From contig NZ_LSUQ01000027.1 in NCBI RefSeq assembly GCF_001642725.1, forward strand, positions 1-35,252: DNA of 35,252 nucleotides, in the 5' to 3' direction. Both the position numbers and the translations under genes were made by a program. Position 1 is the first letter of the stretch. The number at the start of each line of letters is the position of its first letter. Source of the stretch: Ferroacidibacillus organovorans (GTDB lineage Bacteria; Bacillota; Bacilli; Alicyclobacillales; SLC66). The notes beneath the pieces are model-generated. The model was not told the DNA's origin. It searched no databases and was given only the letters and a program-made list of their open reading frames with translations. Below, one piece after another: positions 1 through 7,488 of the stretch.

Positions 1-70
1 CCAAAGCTCTGCACGTCAGACTATTTTGGTATTCTCTGTTCGGGGTGTCTACTCTATTGACTTAATATCA
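1..70. mobile_element. Terminal end of an IS3-family-like insertion sequence (rest lies outside the window)
   Basis: 45-70 GTGTCTACTCTATTGACTTAATATCA ends in CA (reverse complement starts TG...AGTAGACAC), resembling IS3-family inverted repeats. The IS110 reading frame HIKNLPGRKTD begins right at this point, with an in-frame TAA just upstream. Confidence 0.6.
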
Positions 71-1040
71 TATAAAAAATCTTCCGGGAAGAAAGACAGA
101 CATGAAAGATGCTGAATGGATTGCCAAGCTTCTGAGATCCGGATTAATCGAAGGAAGCTTTGTTCCTTCTGAAGAAGTTCGTGATCTTCGCGATCTTACG
201 AGATACAGAAAGAAGTTGGTTTATCAAGCGACCTCTGAGAAAAATCGAATTCACCGTATACTTCAAGATGCAAACATTAAGCTTACATCGTACATGTCAG
301 ATGTCTTTGGAAAATCTGGTCGTCTACTTCTACAAAGACTTGTCAATGGAGAAGTAATCACTTTGGAATTCTTAGAAGAGAATATGAAGGGTCCGTTGAA
401 GCAGAAATCTAATCAATTACTCCAGTCTCTTCAAGGTCGGTTGCGTTCGCATCATGTGGAGATGATTCGTTTCTCATGGGATCACCTTGTCTACATTGAA
501 CAAACCATCAAGCAAATCGATCTTCGAATTTACCTTAGGTTAGAAAGTCGAAGAGAGTCTGTTGAACTGCTCACGACAATTCCTGGAATAAATGAGCAAG
601 CCGCCTCAATCATTATTGCAGAAATCGGTACAGATATGAGCCAATTTAAGAGTGAACACCACTTGGCTGCATGGGCTGGCGTGTGTCCGGGAAATTACGA
701 AAGCGCTGGAAAAAAGAAACGCGCAAGAGTGAGATCCGGTAATAGCCTGTTAAAGGCAATACTTTGTGAATGCGCGTGGGCTGCATCACGAACTCGAAAT
801 ACACGATTATCTGCTCGATATTGGGCTCTGGTTAAGCGCATGGGTAAGAAAAAAGCATTAGTTGCTTTAGCTCATACGCTTCTTAAAATTAGCTACCATG
901 TTTTGCTAAAAAGGCAATCTTATATTGAACTCGGTGTGGAGTATCTCGAACAGTTTCAGATGCGAAGGGAAAAACAGACGGAGACCCATATGATCCAGTT
1001 GCTTGAGGCGAAGGGTTTTCTTGTTACGAAGGCTTGTTAA
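71..1040 (+). pseudogene. IS110-family transposase/recombinase, 5'-truncated
   Basis: Frame continues upstream of the ATG at 102 as IKNLPGRKTDMKDAEWIA. Contains LRDLTRYR, LTTIPGI, IIAEIG, AWAGVCPGNYESAGK and ALVALAH motifs of IS110 (Transposase_20). The N-terminal part of the DEDD domain is missing. Visibly more AT-rich than flanking genes. Confidence 0.9.
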
Positions 1041-1085
1041 AGATTCCTGTTGATATCTATGTGCCTATTGCATTTTCGTAAAAAA
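71..1085 (+). mobile_element. IS110 element, right part with short (~45 bp) right non-coding end
   Basis: After the stop at 1040, AT-rich sequence runs to ...CATTTTCGTAAAA, where CoxA-like coding on the minus strand breaks off. Exact junction is ambiguous within the A-run at 1080-1087. Confidence 0.7.
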
Positions 1086-1804
1086 ATCTGGCCTGAAGGA
1101 TCTTGGGCCGCCAGTGGTTCATATCCCCACAGTCCAGCGGTCGATCCGCCATACATAGGAATGAGAAGAATGGTGATCACCCCGGCCGGGTACATCCAGA
1201 ACGCAATTCCGCCAAGGCGCGGATACATGCGCTCTCGGGCGCCGATCATCAACGGCACTACGTAGTTTCCAAGTCCGCCGACAAATCCGACTACGGCCAC
1301 TCCGAGCAACATCAGCACACCGTGCATCGTGACGGCTGAGAGATACCAGACATCGCCGCCAAAGACGTTGTTGTTGCTCCCCATGAGCTGCGCGCGCATG
1401 CCCATGGCAATCAGACCTGCGATACCGAATGTGGCGACAGACCCAACCATATACTGGATCCCGACCACCTTGTTATCCAGGCTGAGTTCGAAATACCGCC
1501 GCCATCCACGGGACGCTACAAACGTATTTGGCAGTCCGAGCCACGGCCGGACGATCGACTCAAAACCGCCTACCCCGAGAAGCCACCCTACAAACCCTAG
1601 TAGCCAACCGACCGTCACGGCTGGTTCTGTGATGAATGGAGGATTGGCTCCAGGAAAGCGATCCACCAGAAACATGAAACACGTTCCAATAAGAAATCCT
1701 ATCCCCGCCCACAAAAATCCGCGCGCGACCGGCGGCATGGGAGCGCGCCTTCGCGTCGCCCGTGATCCGCCGGGCACAGCCAGTGTTGCACTGTTTTGCG
1801 CCAT
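1083..1804 (-). pseudogene. coxA: Cytochrome c oxidase subunit I, N-terminal ~240 aa, interrupted by IS110
   Basis: DNKVVGIQY, TMHGVLML (low-spin heme His), GNYVVPLMIGA...YPRL, GLWGYEPL. Extra hydrophobic N-terminal extension. The ORF runs into IS-derived LRKCNRHIDINRNL and lacks the CuB/heme a3 ligands. Confidence 0.9.
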
Positions 1805-1860
1805 TCTCCTTCGACCCCTCTCTATCCGCGACGTTGCGCGCGGTCACTGAATCTGGCTGA

Positions 1861-2667
1861 TTATGAGTTCTGGTTAGAAACTTGCGTCTTTTCCTGCGCC
1901 ACCCATATTGCAAACGCTTGCGGTGAAACGACTTCAACATCGGCTTCCATATAGGAGTGTCCCGCTCCGCAAAGTTGTGCGCACTGCAGGCGAACCATCG
2001 GATTGGCGGCCGTCGAAGTGATCTGCGTCGGGGTGATATAGAGATCGCGCGTGATACCAGGGATGATGTCTGCCTTAATACCCCACGCTGGAACGTAAAA
2101 TGAGTGCGTTACGTCGAGGCTGTTCATCACAAACTTGATCTCGCGTCCGGCAGGAACCACAAGCACGTCACGTCCATTCGTCTTGGTGTTCATCGGCAAG
2201 CCGTACTGAGGATACCCAAAGCGAAACTGACATTGCCGAGCCTGGACATTGACCACGAGTGCCCCGTGGTTCCAAGGTGGAAGGCCGTATGCCCAGAGTT
2301 GTTCCATACCCGAGAGATCAGGATGGAGAAAAAAAGTCATGACGATGGCGATGGTGAGCACCATCCAACTTCGCTGAAAGAGCAGATTGCTCTGGTTCTG
2401 CACCGGGCTGTCCCCTGTCTCTCCTGCGCGCTGTCTGAATCTCACCGCGGCAAAAGCCATAAACAAAATGATGAAAACGAACAGTATGACCGAAACGTAA
2501 ACCAGGGTGTCGAAAGCGTCGAGGGACACACCTCCCTGCAGGGAAGCCACATAATAGTACGGGGTGTGAATCACCCAGAGGTGGGCAAAGTATTCAAGTA
2601 TTGCAGAAAAAAAAAGCCACAGACCAACGAACATCGAAATATTTCTGCCGTTTTGGACGCGCTCCAT
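1861..2667 (-). CDS. coxB: Cytochrome c oxidase subunit II (CuA type)
   Basis: DVTHSFYVP and CAQLCGAGHSYM CuA ligands; about three N-terminal hydrophobic segments; RBS GAAGGAGAGGAG before ATG at 2667. No lipobox and no fused cytochrome c. Confidence 0.93.
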   Translation of the reverse strand: MERVQNGRNISMFVGLWLFFSAILEYFAHLWVIHTPYYYVASLQGGVSLDAFDTLVYVSVILFVFIILFMAFAAVRFRQRAGETGDSPVQNQSNLLFQRSWMVLTIAIVMTFFLHPDLSGMEQLWAYGLPPWNHGALVVNVQARQCQFRFGYPQYGLPMNTKTNGRDVLVVPAGREIKFVMNSLDVTHSFYVPAWGIKADIIPGITRDLYITPTQITSTAANPMVRLQCAQLCGAGHSYMEADVEVVSPQAFAIWVAQEKTQVSNQNS

Positions 2668-2693
2668 ACGCCGCTCCTCTCCTTCTTTCGCCG

Positions 2694-3359
2694 TCATGCT
2701 CGCACGATATTGATCGTGCCGCGCATTCCCATCCGATAGTGTTCATAGTGTTGTACAAAGCATCCATAATGCCAAAGTCCCGGCTTGTCCGGAACGGTGA
2801 AGGTGATGTCAACGGCGCCATCAGGATTCAACGTCGGGCTGAAATTCCCTCCGTCCGCGATGTTGTAGAGCGATTTTTGCCCCTCATATGTGACGATGGC
2901 TTTGTTTGGCACAAAGTTATTCACATTGCGCGGATTGCTGAGTGTGACGTAAACACCGTCGAAGAAATCCTCCGCGAACCCGTCCTGCGTCTCTACTCCG
3001 AACACCGTGTTCTCGGTGTTTACATGGCGTCCCACCACCCACTCGTGATACTTTCCTGGGTGGGACTGACTGCGGTTACGAAAGGCGATGGTGATGCGAT
3101 CGCCAACCCGCCATTTCATGTAATTCGGGATGTAGTAATAGTCGAGCGCGTACAGCGGGATGTTTCCAGTTTCTACCTGCGACCCGAATATTTCACGCAT
3201 CGCGCGGGCAATCGTGGATCCGCCAAAGGTACCGATGAGGCCGGCAACTGTCACTGCGCCGACACTAAAAAGAAATTGGCGTCGGCTCCAGTCGGGTAGA
3301 TCCTGTGACCCCTGCGCAATCTCTTCACCTAATGCGTTTTTATTAGGTGTTTCAGCCAT
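2694..3359 (-). CDS. Tat-exported type-1 copper cupredoxin, AcoP/Cup-like
   Basis: SRRQFL twin-arginine motif plus hydrophobic stretch. Ligands H (KYHEW) and C..H..M in GCFVQHYEHYRMGM. Motifs YYYxPxxMxWxVG, NRSQS, FFDGV and VPxKPGxWxYGCF match the AcoP sequence as I recall it. Confidence 0.85.
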   Translation of the reverse strand: MAETPNKNALGEEIAQGSQDLPDWSRRQFLFSVGAVTVAGLIGTFGGSTIARAMREIFGSQVETGNIPLYALDYYYIPNYMKWRVGDRITIAFRNRSQSHPGKYHEWVVGRHVNTENTVFGVETQDGFAEDFFDGVYVTLSNPRNVNNFVPNKAIVTYEGQKSLYNIADGGNFSPTLNPDGAVDITFTVPDKPGLWHYGCFVQHYEHYRMGMRGTINIVRA

Positions 3360-3425
3360 GCCCTTGCCACCTTCTTTCCACTTGGTGATGATTTACTTCG
3401 ACATAAAATCTTCGAAAGCAGGGTA

Positions 3426-3468
3426 ATTTTAGCAACGATCTTCAAACAAGAGTGTGATATATGTCACA
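3426..3468 (-). promoter_or_regulatory. Class II Fnr/Crp-dependent promoter of the cupredoxin-cox operon
   Basis: Perfect TGTGA-N6-TCACA at 3453-3468. Extended -10 TGcTAAAAT at 3434-3426 on the minus strand. Implied +1 near 3419 centres the site at -41.5. Confidence 0.8.
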
Positions 3469-3657
3469 AATATGGATAATAGGTGTCTAGTAAAACGATG
3501 AGAGGTGTTCAGGTGATTGCGATCAGTCACATTTCGTACAATCGTTCTCAGCATGCACATTCCACTGCGGGAGTTCTCTAGCATGTATGGGTCATGCGGT
3601 GCAATCACATTATTTTTTCATGTTAAATTACATTCAACATGAACGTTGGCAATTAGC

Positions 3658-3689
3658 AAAAAAAAGGCACGACGCGAGCACGTCGTGCC
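3658..3689 (-). terminator. Intrinsic terminator of the small membrane-protein gene
   Basis: 9-bp stem GGCACGACG/CGTCGTGCC followed by T8 on the minus strand. Confidence 0.85.
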
Positions 3690-3705
3690 AGACATTTTCT
3701 GTAGA

Positions 3706-3834
3706 TTAGTATGCCCCAGCAGTTCCGCCTGCACCTGTTCCATAGCCATAGGTTGGTACAAACAGGAAGAACAGTACGAAGATGATGAGGAACACGACTG
3801 CCCAGCGAGTATAACCGCCAAAAACACCGTACAT
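3706..3834 (-). CDS. 42-aa Gly/Tyr-rich single-TM small protein (YjcZ/SscA-like sporulation peptide)
   Basis: Manual translation MYGVFGGYTRWAVVFLIIFVLFFLFVPTYGYGTGAGGTAGAY; strong RBS AAGGAGG; own terminator. Not in the ORF track. Confidence 0.8.
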   Translation of the reverse strand: MYGVFGGYTRWAVVFLIIFVLFFLFVPTYGYGTGAGGTAGAY

Positions 3835-3866
3835 TTTTGATTTCCTCCTTTGCGCTTTGATAGTAC

Positions 3867-3893
3867 AGCGTATGAGAGGAGTTCAACTTAGGT
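3867..3893 (-). promoter_or_regulatory. Putative mother-cell (sigmaK/sigmaE-type) promoter
   Basis: AC-N17-CATACGCT on the minus strand, upstream of the 42-aa ORF. Confidence 0.45.
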
Positions 3894-3952
3894 CGTAGGG
3901 CAAATAACCCGTATTCATGATAAATCTTGCAACCGCCTGTCACTGAGTTTCA

Positions 3953-5212
3953 TCATGTTCGCGTCTGACCTCGTCCGTGTATCAGATATTGATAACTCGT
4001 CAATTCGCGGAGACCCATGGGGCCTCGCGCGTGCATTTTTTGCGTCGAGATCCCGATTTCCGCACCAAATCCGAACTCGAAGCCGTCTGTAAAACGCGTG
4101 GACGCGTTGTGGTACACGGCCGCCGCATCTACGTTCGTCAAAAAATAGTCGGCCGCATCAGGGTCTTCCGTGACAATCGCTTCGGAGTGGTTTGTCCCGT
4201 AGGTCTCGATGTGCGCTACTGCTTCCTCTACCGAATCGACAACTCGCACGGCGAGGATGTCATTGAGAAACTCTTCTTGATAATCTGCCTCTGTTGCCCG
4301 TTTGATCTTTGAATAGGAATCGCTGAATTTACTGAAGGATGTTTCGCAAAGTCGCAGTTCAACGTTCGCTTGCGACAAGTCGCTCAGGATTCGCGGCAAA
4401 AGGGTGTCTACACACGCGCGGTGAATAAGCAGTGTTTCGGCAGCGTTACACACTGACGGTCGAGAACATTTTGCATTGTGAACGATTGAGATCGCCATTT
4501 CTTGATTGGCGAATTGATCGACGTAAATATGACAGTTACCGACACCCGTTTCAATCACCGGAACGCGAGCGGTCTCAACGACGCGTCTGATCAGTTCGGC
4601 GCCGCCTCGGGGAATGGCTAGATCAACCAAACCGCGAAGTTTTAGAAGTTCGTCAATGCTATTACGATCCGGATCATCGACAAATTGAATCGTTTCACTA
4701 GGAATGGATGTTCCTTCAAGTGCGCGTTTCATCGATTGAATAAGCGCTTTATTCGTTTGCATCGCGTCTGTTCCACCCCGCAACACGACAGCATTTCCTG
4801 ATTTGAGCGCGAGAACTGCCGCGTCTACGGTGACGTTTGGACGCGACTCATAAACAATGGCGAGAACTCCGAATGGAACGCGCACTTTTTTTATCTGCAT
4901 GCCGTTTGCGTGATCAATCTGTTCAATGCACTCACCCACAGGGTCATCAAGCGCTGCGACATGGTGCACGCCCTTGATGATCTCCTGTAAGCGCGCGTTA
5001 TGTAGGGTCAGTCGATCGACACGATGAGGAGGAACACCACGTTTTAGTGCCTGCTCCACGTCGCGCTGATTTGCCTCAAACAGTGCGTTGCGATCTTGAA
5101 ATAACGCGTTTGCGATTGTTTCAAGCGCCTCATTTTTTTGTTCAGATGTACAGCGTCGCAAAATCCGCGCCGACTGTTTGGCTGTGCGAGCCAGCGACTT
5201 GACGTCACACAC
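3953..5212 (-). CDS. proA: Gamma-glutamyl phosphate reductase
   Basis: VPFGVLAIVYESRPNVT, SVCNAAETLL, NASTRFTDGFEFGFGAEIGISTQKMHARGPMGL. GTG at 5212 chosen from RBS GGAGTGA (alternative ATG 5230). Confidence 0.97.
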   Translation of the reverse strand: MCDVKSLARTAKQSARILRRCTSEQKNEALETIANALFQDRNALFEANQRDVEQALKRGVPPHRVDRLTLHNARLQEIIKGVHHVAALDDPVGECIEQIDHANGMQIKKVRVPFGVLAIVYESRPNVTVDAAVLALKSGNAVVLRGGTDAMQTNKALIQSMKRALEGTSIPSETIQFVDDPDRNSIDELLKLRGLVDLAIPRGGAELIRRVVETARVPVIETGVGNCHIYVDQFANQEMAISIVHNAKCSRPSVCNAAETLLIHRACVDTLLPRILSDLSQANVELRLCETSFSKFSDSYSKIKRATEADYQEEFLNDILAVRVVDSVEEAVAHIETYGTNHSEAIVTEDPDAADYFLTNVDAAAVYHNASTRFTDGFEFGFGAEIGISTQKMHARGPMGLRELTSYQYLIHGRGQTRT

Positions 5213-6320
5213 TGGAATCACTCCGTTCATCAGAAAACAACACGAGATGGTTGCGATGAATCACTTCAACCTGTGCCGCAGATTTTCGATCAAGAAGCAG
5301 TGTGATGTCACGCGAAGCATAGTTCGTTCTTCCCCGGCCAATGCGCTCCCCTTTAAAACTCACATCGATCACGGAGCCAGTTTCAAAATCCCCCTCTACG
5401 TGAAGGATGCCCGGCATGAGCAGGCTGGCCTTTTTATTGACGAGCGCATCGCGTGCGCCAGAGTCAACGTCTACGCGTCCCATCGAACGAGAAGAATGCC
5501 TTAACCATGCGCGTTTTGCGCCAAGTCCTGGCGAGTGCGATGAAAAGCGCGTGCCGAAGTGGTCGTTTGTCAAAAGTTCAAGCAAGTGATTTGCGTGTTG
5601 AATGCTGGCGATGACCGCCTCGATTCCAGCAGATGTGACGATTTGAGCGGCTGTCAGTTTTGTTTTCATACCGCCTGTGCCTGATACAGACCCGGCCTGT
5701 CCGGCGCGCATAAGGATGTCTTCATCAATTCGATGAACGAGCGGTATTCGCTTTGCGTGAGGATCTTTGCGCGGATCAGACGTGTACAACCCGTCGCGAT
5801 CCGTCAAAAGGATCATGGCGTCAGCTTCCGTTAAGAGACTGACATGTGCCGCGAGCGAATCGTTATCCCCGAGGCGTATTTCGTCAATTGATACAGAGTC
5901 ATTTTCGTTCACGATCGGAATGACGTGATGCGAGAGAAGCGTCTCAAACGTATTTCTTACATGGAGATAGCGACGACGGTCATCGAGATCGGATCGGGTG
6001 AGAAGAATCTGCGCGATGTTTTGGTCATAGCGATCAAACTCCGTCTGATAGAGGGAGAGCAGCTTCCCCTGCCCCACCGCCGCTGCCGCTTGTTTTTCTG
6101 GCATCGTCATCGTGGCGCGGGACCAGCCGAGAATTCCGAGTCCAGCGCCGACCGCGCCGGAGGATACGAGCACGATGCGCGCATTCGTTTCTCGCTTGAA
6201 TTTCATCAATGAATCGACCACATGTTGGAGTTTCTCGTGGCTTAAAATTCCTTGCTCGTCCGTAAGACTGCTCGTTCCCACCTTCACGACGATACGTTTC
6301 CATCTCATAGCGATTGGCAC
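5205..6320 (-). CDS. proB: Glutamate 5-kinase with PUA domain
   Basis: RIVVKVGTSSL, VSSGAV, KQAAAAVGQ, IVNENDSV, GDNDSL, GTGGMKTK, C-terminal EVIHRN. Start could be ATG 6308. Confidence 0.97.
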   Translation of the reverse strand: MPIAMRWKRIVVKVGTSSLTDEQGILSHEKLQHVVDSLMKFKRETNARIVLVSSGAVGAGLGILGWSRATMTMPEKQAAAAVGQGKLLSLYQTEFDRYDQNIAQILLTRSDLDDRRRYLHVRNTFETLLSHHVIPIVNENDSVSIDEIRLGDNDSLAAHVSLLTEADAMILLTDRDGLYTSDPRKDPHAKRIPLVHRIDEDILMRAGQAGSVSGTGGMKTKLTAAQIVTSAGIEAVIASIQHANHLLELLTNDHFGTRFSSHSPGLGAKRAWLRHSSRSMGRVDVDSGARDALVNKKASLLMPGILHVEGDFETGSVIDVSFKGERIGRGRTNYASRDITLLLDRKSAAQVEVIHRNHLVLFSDERSDSSV

Positions 6321-6343
6321 CCTACCTTAACATACAATGTCTG

Positions 6344-7081
6344 CTACTTCGTTGTATCAGACCTTGCGGCAGACGTTTCTGCGCGATTCTGGTACAGTTC
6401 GTAGAATCGCTCGTATTTGCCAGGTTGAGCGGCCGGCACCACGCGAGGCGTTGATTTTGTCGCTTGCGTTGTCTTCTGCGCGGTTCGCTCTTTTTCTGGC
6501 TCCGTTCGTTTTCGATACGTTTTGCGATACTCGCTCAACTGCTTTTCGCTCTTGATATTCGCTCGGGCCCAGCCTCGTAAAATCGTGTCGACATAGCGGA
6601 AATTGAACACGCCAGAGAGGACAGATTCACGAAGCGCTTCAATAATCAACCACTCGGGGTGCTCATCTTCACTGAGCCAGCGCGTGATCTGTTCATATTC
6701 GAGCGGAGAAAGCAAACGTCCAAACTCTTCTTCAAATCGAGTAAACACCGCGAGAGACGCTTGCTCTTCGTTATGCATGCCAATCATTCGCTCAAGGAGT
6801 GGCCGCACGCTGATCATGCGATCAACGTATTGAATATGCCCTTCTACAATCAAGCGTTGAATCGTTACGGCGATTTCATCTGCGGTGAGGCTCATTCGTT
6901 CCGCGAGTCGATCAAGGTCAGGGAAAGTATGGTCTACTTGCTGATAAGAAAGGATATGGATAATCACCATCATATCGACATCAGATAAGCCCAAAGCATT
7001 GTAGGTTGTTAGCAATTCATAGGGAAAATTGACATGACGTTGCTCCAAGGCATTGAGCGCGTGATCCAGGTATTTTTTCAT
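6344..7081 (-). CDS. dnaD: DnaD primosomal/replication initiation protein
   Basis: N-terminal winged helix (LAERMSLT); FEEEFGRLLSPLEYE and FRYVDTILRGW (YxxxIxxxW) DnaB_2 motif; downstream of asnS; RBS AAGGAAGGAG before ATG 7081. Confidence 0.92.
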   Translation of the reverse strand: MKKYLDHALNALEQRHVNFPYELLTTYNALGLSDVDMMVIIHILSYQQVDHTFPDLDRLAERMSLTADEIAVTIQRLIVEGHIQYVDRMISVRPLLERMIGMHNEEQASLAVFTRFEEEFGRLLSPLEYEQITRWLSEDEHPEWLIIEALRESVLSGVFNFRYVDTILRGWARANIKSEKQLSEYRKTYRKRTEPEKERTAQKTTQATKSTPRVVPAAQPGKYERFYELYQNRAETSAARSDTTK

Positions 7082-7143
7082 CGCATGCGCTCCTTCCTTA
7101 AGCAAGTATACCATTCTCCCATCTGTTCTGGGATTCCTCTTTT

Positions 7144-7484
7144 AGAGGAAGTTCAAAGAGAAGTCAGAACTCCTCTGCGCATTGGTGTGTCAGCGTCAAA
7201 AATACTCCCTCACGTACGTAAATGTACGCTGTGTACGCATTTTTCGACTCGCTTCCTGCCACTGCTTGATTCTTACCTGACTCCTCTTTGAACGCTCAAG
7301 ATGAGAGGAAGTTCAAAGAGAAGTCAGAACTCCTCTGCGCATTGGTGTGTCAGCGTCAAAAATGTTCCCTCACGTACGTAAATGTACGCTGCGTACACAT
7401 TTTTCGACTCGCTTCCTGCCACTGCTTGATTCTTACCTGACTCCTCTGCGCATTGGTGTGTCAGCGTCAAAAATGCTCCCTCAC
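7144..7484. repeat. Tandem copies of a ~160-bp palindromic interspersed repeat (MITE/bcr1-like): one full, one near-full, one partial
   Basis: Copy 1 from 7144, copy 2 from 7304 (period 160), partial copy 3 at 7440-7484. Terminal inverted repeats GTTCAAAGAGAAGTCAG (7151-7167) and CTGACTCCTCTTTGAAC (7277-7293) match at 16/17. Internal hairpin CGTAC-N6-GTACG. Confidence 0.9.
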
Positions 7485-7488
7485 CCAC

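Noticed and set aside
1037..1082. C-terminal 14 residues of the CoxA ORF as genuine protein
   Set aside because: Derived from read-through into the IS110 right end.
3512..3531. Second Crp/Fnr-like site GGTGA-N6-TCAGT, and nearby short repeats GTTCTC(T)AGCATG
   Set aside because: Three mismatches to the consensus and short imperfect repeats; not distinguishable from chance.
3618..3943. ORF-track entries of 69, 64 and 96 aa
   Set aside because: They are alternative frames over the 42-aa gene, which has the RBS; they run through its terminator.
7144..7484. CRISPR array or T-box/riboswitch interpretation of the repeat
   Set aside because: Units are ~160 bp with no unique spacers and no cas genes nearby. 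It lies downstream of asnS, and no T-box antiterminator motif was seen.
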